Assembly: GCA_965198225.1 (NCBI GenBank) | Contig: CBDAOY010000005.1 | Location: 800,001 to 864,000 of the forward strand | Direction: 5' to 3' | Source: Terriglobia bacterium | GTDB lineage: Bacteria; Acidobacteriota; Terriglobia; 20CM-2-55-15 | Length of the DNA stretch: 64,000 bases | Shown: piece after piece, positions 1 to 11,188 of the stretch | Numbering within the stretch: position 1 is the first letter of the stretch | Layout of the letters: every line of letters begins with the position of its first letter | Notes under the pieces: generated by a model | The model's input: the letters and a program-made list of their open reading frames with translations, nothing else | Told to the model about the DNA's origin: nothing | The model's database searches: none | Position numbers and translations under genes: made by a program

Positions 1-276
1 CTCCTTGACGAACTCGATGCGTACGCCGCGCCCGGTCAGCGTGCCCACGATGCGCCGCAGGTCGTCCAGGTTGCGAGCCAGCCGATCCATGCTGTGGACC
101 ACCACCGTGTCGGTTTTGCGCACGAAGGCGAGCAGCCGTTCCAGTTCCGGACGCTCTGTGTCCCTGCCCGAAGCCTGGTCGGTAAAGACCTGGTCGAGGG
201 GGAGCTGCTCCAGTTGGCGTTCCGGGTTCGGGTCGATGCTGCTCACCCGGACGTAGGCGATGCGTTGGCCTGGCAC
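1..276 (-). CDS. tnpR: Tn3-family serine resolvase, N-terminal part (runs off window start)
   Basis: Manual translation from GTG 276: MPGQRIAYVRVSSIDPNPERQLE...VVHSMDRLARNLDDLRRIV...RIEFVKE; AGGAGG RBS upstream; Tn21/Tn5053-like. Confidence 0.9.
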   Translation of the reverse strand, partial: MPGQRIAYVRVSSIDPNPERQLEQLPLDQVFTDQASGRDTERPELERLLAFVRKTDTVVVHSMDRLARNLDDLRRIVGTLTGRGVRIEFVKE

Positions 277-294
277 GGCGTTCCTCCTGCTGCG

Positions 295-420
295 AATCTG
301 TCAATAAAGAATCTAAGACCGTGGGCGGGGCGTGTAAATCAATGCAACACACGAGCCTAGTTCGACGCGATTCGGGGGGTTGCTTGACATCAGTTTAGGG
401 TATACATCAACCTGACATGC
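295..420. promoter_or_regulatory. Probable res site / tnpR promoter region
   Basis: AT-rich region upstream of tnpR with TGTCA...TGACA-type imperfect palindromes (TTGACATCAGTTTAGGGTATACATCAACCTGACA). Confidence 0.55.
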
Positions 421-749
421 TCAATGGAGGCCTGCAACCTCCGGCAAAAGGACCTCGGCGTCCTGATCGGATCCCAGTCTCATGCCTCGGAGGTGCTCAA
501 CCGTCGCCGTCCGCTGACCCTGCCAATGATCCGGCTTGTCGGCTGAATGGAACCTTCCGGCCGACATGCTTGTGCGCGAGTATGCCCTCAGAGCCGGGCC
601 ATAGAGGCTTCACCAGTGCCTTTAGGAGTGGGAAGTCAAGCCGTTTATGAACATGGGATTAATTGCACCATGTTATTTCCTGACCCGGCGCCCAATGTGA
701 GCTGCTTTTCAGCGGCCCTGAAGCACTTACTCTCGCTAAGACCTTACCA

Positions 750-2071
750 CTACGATTTCAGATCGAAGCGGTCCAGGGTCATCACCTTGGTCCATGCCTC
801 AACGAAGTCATGCACGAACTCTTCCTGCGCGTCGTCCGCGGCATAGAACTCAGCAACAGCGCGCAGCTCAGAGTTAGAACCAAAGATCAAGTCAACCGGA
901 GTAGCTGTCCACTTGAGCTCGCCGGTGGCGCGATCAGAGCCCTCGTAAATGCCCTCGGTGGATGACTCGGTCCACTGGGTTGACATGTCGATCAGGTTGA
1001 CAAAGAAGTCGTTGCTCAGTGTGCCAGGACGGTCTGTGAACACGCCGTGAGCAGAGCCTCCAGCATTGGCATTCATCGCTCGCATGCCGCCGACAAGTGC
1101 GGCCATTTCAGGAACGGTCAGGTTCAGCAGAGCCGCCTTCTCCACCAGCATTTCCGCCGGAGATCGGGGGTTAACGCTGGCGAAGTAGTTGCGGAACCCA
1201 TCCGCAGTCGGCTCGAGCAGAGCAAAGGAGTCCACATCGGTCTGCCCCTCGGAGGCGTCCATGCGACCAGGTACAAAGGGCACATCCACGTCGACCCCGG
1301 CCCTTGCAGCCGCTTGCTCAATGGCAACAGCACCTCCGAGAACGATCAGGTCGGCAAGAGAGATTCGCTTGCCGCCTGATTGCGCGCTGTTGAAATCACT
1401 CTGGATCTCCTCCAGGGCCTCCACCACGCGGTCCAGTTCAGCCGGATCGTTTACAGCCCAGTCATTCTGGGGCGCGAGACGAATACGGCCCCCGTTGGCG
1501 CCTCCGCGCATATCGGTCCCGCGGAAAGTGGATGCCGAGGCCCAGGCGATCCTGACTAATTCAGCGGTAGACAACCCGGAATCAAGAATCTCAGCTTTCA
1601 GCTCGACCGCATCCTGTGCATTGATCACGGTGTGATCCACTTCAGGAATGGGGTCTTGCCATACGAATTCCTGGTCCGGTACCAGATCACCGAGGTAACG
1701 CGACGCCGGACCCATGTCGCGGTGAGTCAGCTTGAACCAGGCCCGGGCGAAAGCGCCTTCGAACTCTTCCGGGTTCTCGAGCCAGCGCGAAGTGATCTCA
1801 CGATAGGCCGGGTCCACCTTCAGTGCAAGGTCGGTGGTCAACATCATTGGCGCATGCCGTTCGGACGGATCGCGGGCATCCGGCACTAAATTCGATGCAG
1901 CCCCGCCAGCGGGCTCCCACTGGATTGCACCGGCAGGGCTTCGAGTCTGCACCCACTCATAGGCGTACAAAGTTTCAAGGTAGTTATGGGTCCAGGCTGC
2001 GGGGTTGATCGTCCACGCACCTTCCAGGCCACTGGTGATCGTGTCGCCGCCATTGCCACTGTCGTAGCTGT
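750..2071 (-). pseudogene. katG: Catalase-peroxidase, C-terminal ~440 aa only (N-terminal heme region lost)
   Basis: [73 protein letters not shown]; 5' end replaced by IS256 sequence. Confidence 0.93.
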
Positions 2072-2748
2072 TTACCTTCGAGAGGCATCGGTTCGCAGTC
2101 GCAGAGCAGAGAAGGGAGACTTCCACTGGATTGGTAGTCCGCAGATGTTTCCACTGCTGTTTGGGATAGTTGTAAAACGTCACCATCCGATCCCAGTCCT
2201 GGTCGATCAGATCAGCCGCTGCCTCCAGTCCTCTCTTGCCACACCAATGTTGGAATCGTCCTTTGACTTGCTCGGCTTCCTGCCGTGTTTCTGCATAAGG
2301 GATCTGCCGCAACATCAACAACGCCGCTTTGTGCCGACCCTTGGGGATCTTAGCCAGCAAGTTGACGATGCGATGATTCCAGCATCTCTGCTCGTCGGCT
2401 TCTGGGAAAACGTTGCGCAACGCTCCCCAGATCCCCAGATGCCCGTCAGCCATCACCAGTCTCGGTGGGTTCATCCCCCGCTCTTTGAGATCCCTCAGCA
2501 CTTCGGACCAGCTCTGGGTCGATTCTCGATAACCACTACTGACCGACACCACCACTTTAGTGCCATCACTTAAAGCGGCGATCACTACCAGGATCACGGC
2601 CTTTTCCTTCTCCAGCCCTGCTTTGATGTACACACACCTCGGCGGTCACCCAAAACCGGCCAATGGTGGTCACCTGAAAACCGGCCAACGAACATAGATA
2701 AGCCCGGGACATTGACACCGACGGGAAGCCGAAACAGGCTCCGTCGGC

Positions 2749-4144
2749 ATGAGCAATGTCTTGAGCACAGAAAAGAGAGAGCAAGTTGTTGCATTGGGGC
2801 GGCTTGGATGGCCGCTGCGTCGGATCGAACAGACCACCGGCGTGCGTCGTGAGACGGCCAGTGCGTATCTGAGAGCGGCCGGAATCCCCATTCGGCCGCC
2901 CGGGAGTTGGGGCCGGCGACCGGCAAAACCGGCCAACGAGGTGACCACCGACCCGGACGGCGTAAATGGTGTCGTTGAGGGGTTTGGCGGTTCCGATACT
3001 TCAAAACCGGCCAACGAAGTGACCACCGACCCGGAGGCCGAGAATCCGGTCTCGGCAGAGTCGTCGGCTCCCCCTCCAAGCCCACCGTCGGGCAGTTCCT
3101 GCGAGCCGTACCGGGAGACCATCCAACAGGCGCTGGAGCGTGGCCGCAACGCGATGGCGATCTGGCAGGACCTGGTCACGGATCACGGTTTTGTCGGCAG
3201 CTACGAATCGGTCAAGCGTTTCGTTCGCAAACTCCGGGGAGTGCGATCCCCGGAAGCGGTCGGAATCATCCAGACCGGAGCTGGAGAGGAAGCGCAGGTC
3301 GACTACGGGACCGGACCGATGGTCCGGGATCCGAAGACGGGCAAGTACCGACGGACGCGGCTGTTCGTGATGACGTTGGGCTACAGCCGCAAATCGGTCC
3401 GGCTGCTGACGTTCAAGTCCAGTTCCCGCATCTGGGCCCAGTTGCACGAGACCGCGTTCCGCCGACTCGGCGGCACTCCCCGCCTCATCGTGCTGGATAA
3501 CCTGCGCGAAGGCGTGATCGTCCCGGACCATTACGACCCCACCCTGAATCCGTTGTTTCGAGATGTCCTGACCCATTACGGCGTGGTGGCCATGCCATGC
3601 CGGGTGCGCGATCCAGACCGCAAAGGCAAAGTCGAATCCGGTGTCGGGCACGCCCAGAAGACCCCATTGAAGGGACAGCGCTTCGAGAGCCTCGACCAGG
3701 CCCAGGGGTATCTGGATCGCTGGGAAGTCCGATGGGCCGACACCCGCATCCACGGCACGACCAAGCGGCAGGTGGCGGCCATGTTCGCCGAAGAGAAACC
3801 ATCTCTTAAGCCGCTGCCGATCGAACCGTTTCGCTATTACCAATTCGGTGAACGTGTCGTCCATCTCGACGGTTGCGTCGAAGTCGAAGCCGCCTATTAC
3901 AGTGTACCGCCGGGCTGGATCGGACGGGGTGTCAAGGTCCAGTGGGACACGCTTCACGTCCGGATCCTGGACCCAAACACCTATCCACTCCTCCGCGAGC
4001 ATGTCCGCCAGAAGCGGGGTGGATACCGTGTCCGTGCTGAAGACAACCCGAAGAAAACCCCGTTAACGACGGTGCAACTGCTGGCCCGAGCCCGCCGCGC
4101 TGGCACCCACATCGGCACACTCTGTGACGCCATTCACCGCCGAC
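2749..4144 (+). pseudogene. istA: IstA transposase of IS21 #1, interrupted
   Basis: EAQVDYG, LIVLDNLREGV, DRKGKVESGVG; frame broken at 4145 by IS21 #2. Confidence 0.88.
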
Positions 4145-4593
4145 TGCGTATTCCGCCGATCATGAACGCCAGTTCCGGGCAACGTGAACACGGATTCCGG
4201 TGATGGTGAACGCTCGCCGGAGCGAAGCGACGATTAGGGTCTCAGTTCTTGCCTCCAGAGTCCAGGGTTGCAGTCTTGATCCTCGTTTCCCATGGTCGTG
4301 TTACGGAGCCGCCGCCGGGTCTGTGGGAACTGTGCGAAAGCCGGAGCGTTGGTTGCGGAGGCTTTTGCAAACAGCGGTGGGAATGATTCTGAAGAAGTCG
4401 GCCGAAGGCCCTCCATATTCATTTCCACGGCTGTGGCAGTTTCCACAGGCCACCTGTTGCGGGAGCATCCTGCAGCCCGGAGCGGGTGCGTACGTGCCGG
4501 TTCCTGCAATTACTTCGCGCGAGGGCGACCGAGGAGCGACGATTCGGTTCCGGTCCGAGCTGGAGTAGCCCCTGAGCCAGGATGCCGTGACAG

Positions 4594-5349
4594 TCATCGG
4601 GATACCTTCGACTTCTTCGGTGCGGATTTAGTCTGCCGCATCGACGCCCCCTTCAGTTCGATCCGGTGCGCGTTGTGTAAGAGACGGTCGCAGATGGCAT
4701 CGGCCTGGTTCGGATCACCGATGACGCCGTGCCAGTCCGAGACGGGGAGTTGGCTGGCGATCAGGGTCGAAGAGCGTTCGCTGCGTTCCTCGATGACCTC
4801 GATCAGGTCGCGGCGTTCACTATCGCGCAGAGGCGCCAGGAGCCAGTCGTCGATAGCCAGCAGATCGAGCTTGCCCAAACGTGTCAGCAGTCGGGTATAA
4901 GAGCCATCGCCGCGACCGACCCCCAGGTCGTGAAGGAGGCGTGGCATGCGGGTGTAGGCGGCGGCGCAGCCGCTACGGCAAGCCCGCTCGACGAATGCCG
5001 AGCACAGGAAGCTCTTTCCGATGCCGGTGGGCCCGGTCACGATCAGATTGTGCCGCTCCGAGATCCACCCACAGGTTCCCAGAGCCAGGACTTGGGAACG
5101 GTCCAGGTCCCGTCGATGTTTGAAGTTGACGTTTTCCAGTGAAGCCGGATAGCGGAGCTTGGCCGAGCGGAGACGGCGGGTGAGCTTGCGCTGCTCACGG
5201 GCGGTCCATTCCGCATCCACGAGCAGACCCAGCCGTTCGTCAAAGCTGAGTTCCGGGTACTGGGATGACTGGCGTTGTTGGGTGACGGCCTCGGCCATCC
5301 CGGCCAGTTTCATGGCGTGCATCTTCTCCAGGGTTTGTTCAATGAGCAT
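4594..5349 (-). CDS. istB: IstB AAA+ ATPase
   Basis: Walker A GPTGIGKS, Walker B LLAIDDW, ADAICDRLLH. Confidence 0.93.
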   Translation of the reverse strand: MLIEQTLEKMHAMKLAGMAEAVTQQRQSSQYPELSFDERLGLLVDAEWTAREQRKLTRRLRSAKLRYPASLENVNFKHRRDLDRSQVLALGTCGWISERHNLIVTGPTGIGKSFLCSAFVERACRSGCAAAYTRMPRLLHDLGVGRGDGSYTRLLTRLGKLDLLAIDDWLLAPLRDSERRDLIEVIEERSERSSTLIASQLPVSDWHGVIGDPNQADAICDRLLHNAHRIELKGASMRQTKSAPKKSKVSR

Positions 5350-6901
5350 GGAAGAGGTCCTCCTCGGGGTTGGTGTAGTAAGCGGCGCCACGGATGTTGG
5401 CGTGATGCGGCGTCGGATCGATTTCGGTGTCCTGGAACGGCAACCGGTCCTGGGCGGATGCCAGGATGTTCTTGACGGTGCGGTAGCTGTAAGAGTTCAA
5501 GCGCAAGGCCCGGGCGCTGGCGGCCTCCAAACGGTCGGTGCCGTACTGGCGGCCCAGCCGCATCAGTCCCAGGCAGGCGCGGTAGCCTTGTTCCGGATGC
5601 GGCCGGCGATCGAGAATCCCGGCAACGAGCCGGCCTGTGTCCGGACCGGCTTGTTGTGCCCAACCGATTAACCGCGACGGGGTCCACTCGGCATGGGCCC
5701 GGTGCGCGCTGGGCATGTGCTCGGGAAGGGTCGAGGGCTGGCGGTCATAGCGGCGGCGATGGGACGCTACCCGCCGGTTCTTGAAGTAAATCTCGACAAT
5801 ATTGGCCGTATAGCGGGCTTCCAGCCCCTCCCCGCGCAACTGGTACGGGACGCTGTAGAGGTGGCTGTCCACGTCCACGTGGTAGTCGATGTTGGCGCGG
5901 CAGATCTTCCACTCGGCGGCTTCATACCGGCCCGCCGGCAACGGCTGTAAGGCCGGCCGGTCCAGCCGTTCGAACAGCTCCCGGCGGGATGCGCCGAGTT
6001 GTTGCATCGGCCGCCGGTTCAGTTCCACCAGCAGTTCGCCGATGGCGGTGTTGAGCGCCCCCAGACTGAAGAAGGTGCGATTGCGCAGCCGCGCCAGGAT
6101 CCAGCGCTGGGCGACCAAGACCCCAACTTCGACTTTCGCCTTGTCCCGGGCCTTGCGGGGCCGGGCGGGAATGACCACGGCGCCGTAGTGTTGGGCGGCT
6201 TCTTGATACGTGCGGTGGATACCCGGTTCGTACCGGCATGGAACCGTCACGCCGCTCTTGAGCTGGTCGGGGACCCAGATCCGGCCGGATCCACCAAAGC
6301 ACTCCACCATCCGGTTGTGCGCGCCGATCCAATCGTGGAGTTGTTGGCTCGGCAAGGCTTCGGCGTAAGTGTAGTTGCTGGCGCCCAGCACGGCCACGAA
6401 CAGCTCGGCGGCAACGGTGTCGCCGGTCCGGGGGTTCACCCAGTGCGGTCGCTTGCCCGAGAAGTCGATAAAGACCTTCTCCCCGGCGCGATGCACCTGC
6501 CGCATTGAGGGCCTCAGCTTCTTGGCCCAACGCCGGCAGATCTCACAGAACCGGCTGTACCCGTATCCGTCTGGATGCGTTTCCCGATACTCTTCCCAGA
6601 GCAGATGCAGGGTGACGCCGACCCGCTTCAGCTCCTGGTGGATGTGCTCCAGATCCGGAGGCACACGCTCTCGAGAAGTCGATCCTGAGGGCGGGAACAG
6701 CCGCGCTTCCAGCGCCGTATCGTCCAGCTCCACCGGTAGTGGCCAGGCCAGACCCGCCCGCCTGCTCCGTCCCAGGTACTCCGACACCGTTCCCAGGCTC
6801 ACCTGGCACGCACCTGCGATCGCCCGATGGCTGAACTGCTGCTCGTACTTGAGTCGTAGAATCTCGCGTATCTGTCTCATCAGTAGTCGTTTCGTTGCCA
6901 T
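5339..6901 (-). CDS. istA: IstA DDE transposase
   Basis: MRQIREILRL HTH, GEKVFIDFSG, VPDQLKSGV, RDKAKVEVGV. Confidence 0.93.
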   Translation of the reverse strand: MATKRLLMRQIREILRLKYEQQFSHRAIAGACQVSLGTVSEYLGRSRRAGLAWPLPVELDDTALEARLFPPSGSTSRERVPPDLEHIHQELKRVGVTLHLLWEEYRETHPDGYGYSRFCEICRRWAKKLRPSMRQVHRAGEKVFIDFSGKRPHWVNPRTGDTVAAELFVAVLGASNYTYAEALPSQQLHDWIGAHNRMVECFGGSGRIWVPDQLKSGVTVPCRYEPGIHRTYQEAAQHYGAVVIPARPRKARDKAKVEVGVLVAQRWILARLRNRTFFSLGALNTAIGELLVELNRRPMQQLGASRRELFERLDRPALQPLPAGRYEAAEWKICRANIDYHVDVDSHLYSVPYQLRGEGLEARYTANIVEIYFKNRRVASHRRRYDRQPSTLPEHMPSAHRAHAEWTPSRLIGWAQQAGPDTGRLVAGILDRRPHPEQGYRACLGLMRLGRQYGTDRLEAASARALRLNSYSYRTVKNILASAQDRLPFQDTEIDPTPHHANIRGAAYYTNPEEDLFHAH

Positions 6902-7050
6902 CACAGCCTCCTGTGCTGCAGGAGAACCTGACGGCTCCAAACTTCGCTACCAACGAGTGTTCACGATCCCCGGAATCCGCGTTCAGGATGCCCGGAATCG
7001 ATGTTCACGATGGATTGGAATCAGTGTTCAGGATGGGCCGGAATACGCAA

Positions 7051-7837
7051 CCGACAAGGGGAAGCTGCGGTCCGCCGCATCCTGGGTGTGCTCTCCCTGG
7101 CCAAGAAGTACGGTGTCTCCGCCGTGGAGGATGCTTCGGCTGCGGCACTGGAACTCCACGTCTACGAGTATCGTTTCGTCCGCCGCTATCTGGAGCTGGT
7201 CTCTCGTCTGGTCTCGGATGAACTGGACCGTCGCAGCATCCGGTTGTTGGAACGGCGTCGGAAACAGGCCCGGTTCCGCGATCCCCAGAAGACGCTCGAC
7301 TCCTTCGACTTTACTTTCAACAAGAAGATGAATCGTAGTCTGGTCTTCGACCTGGCGACGGGCGCCTTCATCTCCAGGCACGACGATGCCTTGTTTCTCG
7401 GTCCTCCTGGCACCGGCAAGAGTCATCTGGCTCAGGCCATCGGCTTGGCTGCGATTGAGCAGGGCTATCGGGTCGTCTACCGTGAAACTCATGCGCTTCT
7501 CGACGACATCGCCGAAGCCACCATTGACGGTACCCGAAAGGAGTGCATGGAAGCTTTGGCGACGGTCCCGCTGCTGATCATCGACGATCTGGGGATGCGG
7601 AAGCTTCCTCCCACTGCAGCAGAGGAACTCCTCGAGATCGTGATGCGACGCTATGAACGGACCAGTACGTTACTGACATCGAATCGACCCGTCCAAGACT
7701 GGGGAAAACTACTGGGTGATAGCGCCGCCGTCACAGCCATGCTGGACCGGCTGCTCCATCACGGCCACATCCTCAAATGCGGCCCTCGGAGTTGGAGGAC
7801 TAAAACGGGCTTGCCGAGTCCAGTCCCAAAGAGGTAG
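7051..7837 (+). pseudogene. istB: IstA C-terminus fused in frame to N-terminally truncated IstB (IS21 #1)
   Basis: QGEAAVRRILG..RRYLE continues istA, then LVSDELDRR..GPPGTGKS..LIIDDLG..AMLDRLLHH of IstB with no stop/start between. Confidence 0.8.
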
Positions 7838-8750
7838 AACAACACCGTCCCGGGCCATCCCCGTTGGCCGGTTTTGAAGTGACCACTGAGGCACCGTCTG
7901 CCCACAGATACACCACTTCCAGATCGTCCAGCCGACGGCTTTGCCAGGCCTCCATTTCTCCCTGCCACTTCTCCTTCAACCGGGCTACGGTGCTGGGGGA
8001 CAGCGGCGCTTCTTCCCCTAAAAGCCCTCTTAAGGCCAGATCGAAATCCCCCTCGGCCAGACCATGCAAATAGAGTTCTGGAATCAAGTCTCGTACCTCT
8101 TGCGTCCGCTTGGCAAACAGCGGCAAGACCCGGCTCTCAAAACGCTCTTCCAGATCCCGCACTCGGGGACGCCGCAGCTTGATCGTTCCGCAACTCAGCG
8201 TCAGTCGCCGCTCCTTACCGTAGCCGTTGCGATAGCCCCCGGGTGCGTCCACTTCTCGGCGACGCTCATTCTTTCTTCGTCCCAGCAGCTGTGTCACTTC
8301 ATCCTCCAACAGTTCCTGTACGTAAAACTGGATCTGCTCTCGCACCCACTCTTCCAGCTGTTCAAAGCAGACTCTTGACTCCACACTTCGATCAATGTTC
8401 TTCTTGCTCATGGCGGTGTGACTCCTTCCTTTCGGGCTCTTCCGCCCGGGTTTTTATTTCACCCGGAAGGATAATCACCGCCTATGCTATTTACACACCT
8501 TTTGAGGGTAGCTCCTGGACAGGAGCGAAGCTTGACAGCTCGGACTGTTGTGTGTGAGCTGTGGCGCGGATGGCGAGAACCCCCACGATCGTCGTGCAGA
8601 CTGCAACGACTGGCAGCCCACGATACTTGCTTCGTAACATTGACGACCTCCTACCGCTTAGTCTGCGCCTGGCGTGCTGATCCGTCTAAGACTTTGTTTC
8701 TATCTTCCGAATAGGCATTTCTATCAGCATGAAGACCTACGATTTCACTC

Positions 8751-9133
8751 TCAGACGCCAGCCCGCATCAGCGGAAACACGACGTGTGGAACTGGCTGAT
8801 CTAGAGTGACGTCGATAGTCGCGGTTGGCCGATCCGGTGTCGTTTGTCCGTATTGTTGTGGCACGTAGGCCGCGTGTTGAGCCTGAAGTCGGTAGCGCCC
8901 GGGCTCGAGTTCCTCAATCCGAAAACGCCCCCCGCCCCGCTTCTTGTGTCCCACTCGGCCCGACTTTCTAGTCGGGTGAGAACTAGTCTCGCACCCCGGA
9001 CAGGCTGACCCCCGGAGTCCAGGGTCACGCCTGAAATTGATCCTACCTGCGGTTCCGCCAAAGGTTGCTGTGCCATCCCCGCAGGGGTAACTACCAGCAG
9101 ACAAAGGAGGGTGGCCAGAATCGATCGGATCAT
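8751..9133 (-). pseudogene. Secreted carboxypeptidase-regulatory-like domain protein, frameshifted and truncated
   Basis: Signal peptide MIRSILATLLCLLVV, GSISGVTLDSGGQPVRGA; second frame GRFRIEELEPGRYRLQA..YGQ. Confidence 0.6.
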
Positions 9134-9378
9134 AGTGCCCTCATTTGTCGGTTACCAACCTCATTCCTTCTCTCCGGTCCGCGCGAAACCTTATTCGGTA
9201 AGACTTCCCTCTTTGTCCCAGCCGGAGCGCGAAGGCATTTGGGGTCGCCCCGGCCGTGCCGATCCATAGGTGGGACCGTACAGGACCGGGAAACAATGGT
9301 CGGCGCGCAGCGGGAGGAAAGTACGTGACCCGGCCCGTGGGTATGACGCCATAAGCACTAGCGGGGAGAGCCGTGACT

Positions 9379-9570
9379 TCAGGGTGCAACGATCATGTAT
9401 CCAGGCGTCTCGCCCACGTTCTGAATCTCGTTGATTTTCTTGCCCGTCAATATATCGATGACGACAACGCTTCCAGCGTTCAAATTGGTCGCGTACAGGT
9501 ATTTCCCGGCAGGATCTATGGCGAGATTTCGGAACTTATCCGCAGTCCTGATCCGTGGCAGCCGCGCTAA
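9379..9570 (-). pseudogene. Beta-propeller (YVTN-like) C-terminal fragment
   Basis: RNLAIDPAGKYLYATNLNAGSVVVID..GETPGYMIV. Confidence 0.5.
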
Positions 9571-9747
9571 ATCGTCCCACATCACTCCTCCAATCACTGT
9601 AGTCGCTTTAAGCGCGCTTAGAAAGTGGCCAAAAGTGTGCCCCGCAATATCGTTGAAAGGATTTCGATTTGAGAGAAAATGGAAGGGGAACGGCCACGGC
9701 ACTCGTGTCCAGCAACCGGCGGAATCTTGGAGAAAGGAGCGCAAAAG

Positions 9748-9993
9748 ATGGTAGAGGAATATCGGCTGCATCTTCAGATCAGGCGAGTCGAAAATGGCCA
9801 GCACCTCGCTACCTCAGATGATCTTCCTGGTCTGGTCGCTCAAGGGAGAACCGTGGCTGAAGCGGCTGAAATTGCTAGAGATGTGGCAAGGAAACTCATC
9901 GAATCCTACCGGGAACATGGCGATCTTCTTCCGAAGGGGCTGCATGCCATGGATGCGGAGATCGTTGAGTTAGACGTTCCCGTAAGCGGCTGA
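9748..9993 (+). CDS. hicB: HicB-family antitoxin
   Basis: ATSDDLPGLVAQGRTVAEAAEIARDVA; coupled TGATG to hicA. Confidence 0.85.
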   Translation: MVEEYRLHLQIRRVENGQHLATSDDLPGLVAQGRTVAEAAEIARDVARKLIESYREHGDLLPKGLHAMDAEIVELDVPVSG

Positions 9994-10217
9994 TGGGTCG
10001 GCTGGCAGGTTGTACTGGCCGCCAGGTGACCCGCAAATTGCGGCGGTTGGGGTTTGAGTTCGACCGGCAAGCACGAGGAAGTCACGAGATCTGGTGGAAT
10101 CCTACTACGCGCCGTCGAACCACTGTTCCCAATCACCCTGGAGATTTGCCGGAAGGAACGTTATCGGCGGTTCTGAAGCAAGCAGGTGTAACAACAGAAG
10201 AATTCCTTGAAGCATAG
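9993..10217 (+). CDS. hicA: HicA-family mRNase toxin
   Basis: LRRLGFEFDRQARGSHEIW..TTVPNHPGDLPEGTL. Confidence 0.9.
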   Translation: MGRLAGCTGRQVTRKLRRLGFEFDRQARGSHEIWWNPTTRRRTTVPNHPGDLPEGTLSAVLKQAGVTTEEFLEA

Positions 10218-10680
10218 GATTACCCAGGAGCTAGAAAACGATAGCTCTTCCTGCCGTGGATGGCATGGAGCACCTTCGGGGCGAGCGGGGGCCAGTTCCT
10301 CGACGGACCGGAAGTGCCGGATCCAGAGCAGTTGGACCTGAAGCGATCAGGCAGTGTCCGACTTGAAGGGTTCGTTGAAATAATTGGGCTATGTCGTGAT
10401 TCTTTGGGGTTTCTGTGAGCCCCAGAGTGCCCGATTTGATCGACCGATGAAATCGTACATAATGGTCGGGTGAACCTCCGGGCCATCGCCGTCTATCTCC
10501 GGGTATCCACGAGCCGCCAAAACCTCCGATTCTCAGGAGCCCGAACTCCAGACTTGGCTTCAGACCAACGCCGGCAGCGCTCTACGGCCACCTCAACCCC
10601 TACGGGAAGTACCCGCTTCGACTTGGACGAGGACCTCCACGGAGCCGCATTGAGACCGCTAAGGACACAAGGCGACGCCC

Positions 10681-10697
10681 CTTAGCGTTGGATTTTG
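10681..10697 (-). repeat. Inner 17 bp of a Tn3-family 38-bp terminal IR (5' exon of intron 1)
   Basis: Joined with 18879-18899 gives rc GGGGTCGAGTCCGGCAGGGGGCAAAATCCAACGCTAAG, exactly 38 bp with GGGG...CGCTAAG consensus. Confidence 0.8.
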
Positions 10698-11188
10698 GTG
10701 CGCCGTGAAAGGCGCCATTCCCCAGCGGGTGCGAACCCCGCCCGGCAACTGTCGCTCCAGCCGGTAGCAGTCGGAGCGGACGATGGAGGTAACGACATCG
10801 GCTGAAGCACTCCGATGACAAAGGGCCGCCCTGGGCGGTTCAGCGACCACGCGGGCCGCAACGATGTGAACGCTGCGCAGGCCTCGTAACGAAGCGATGC
10901 GGAAGCCGATCCGCCCGGAATACGGGGAAGGCTGCCAGCGGTCGGGAAGCGAGCGACGCGAGCACCGACCGGTTCCGCCGGGGTAGTAGCGGCGGCACGT
11001 GTGGAAGGGGGGGATGGACGCAACACGGGAAGCCCTGCCGGTGGCGTGGCATGCGCCAACCGACAGCCCGCGAGGGTCAGGTTGGGCCGACAGGGTGGCG
11101 GAGAGGTCCGCAGTACCAGGGAAGCCGGGTAATGCCGGTGGAGGGAAGGGACCTCAGTTCGAGAGCAGCGCATGACGGAGGAAGGGAC

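Larger units (their letters stand above)
4145..7049 (-). mobile_element. IS21-family element #2, apparently intact
   Basis: TGCGTATTCCG...CGGAATACGCA termini with multiple subterminal TGAAC repeats; CCGAC-containing imperfect target duplication; istA+istB. Confidence 0.93.
2635..7893 (+). mobile_element. IS21-family element #1 (interrupted by IS21 #2)
   Basis: Ends CACCTCGGCGGTCACCCAAAACCGGCCAA / TTGGCCGGTTTTGAAGTGACCACTGAGGCA; istA 2749-4144 continues at ~7051; istB portion to 7837. Confidence 0.9.
2072..8515 (-). mobile_element. IS256-family element, split by an IS21 insertion, 3' end truncated
   Basis: Transposase halves 7894-8411 (..ELYLHGLAEGDF..VYLWADG) and 2072-2634 ([20 protein letters not shown]) rejoin in frame as WADG|VYIKAG; IR-like end near 8490-8515. 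Confidence 0.88.

Noticed and set aside
6957-7049. Regularly spaced GTTCA.GAT..GGAAT repeats resembling a mini CRISPR array
   Set aside because: They are subterminal transposase-binding repeats of IS21 #2, mirrored at 4145-4212.
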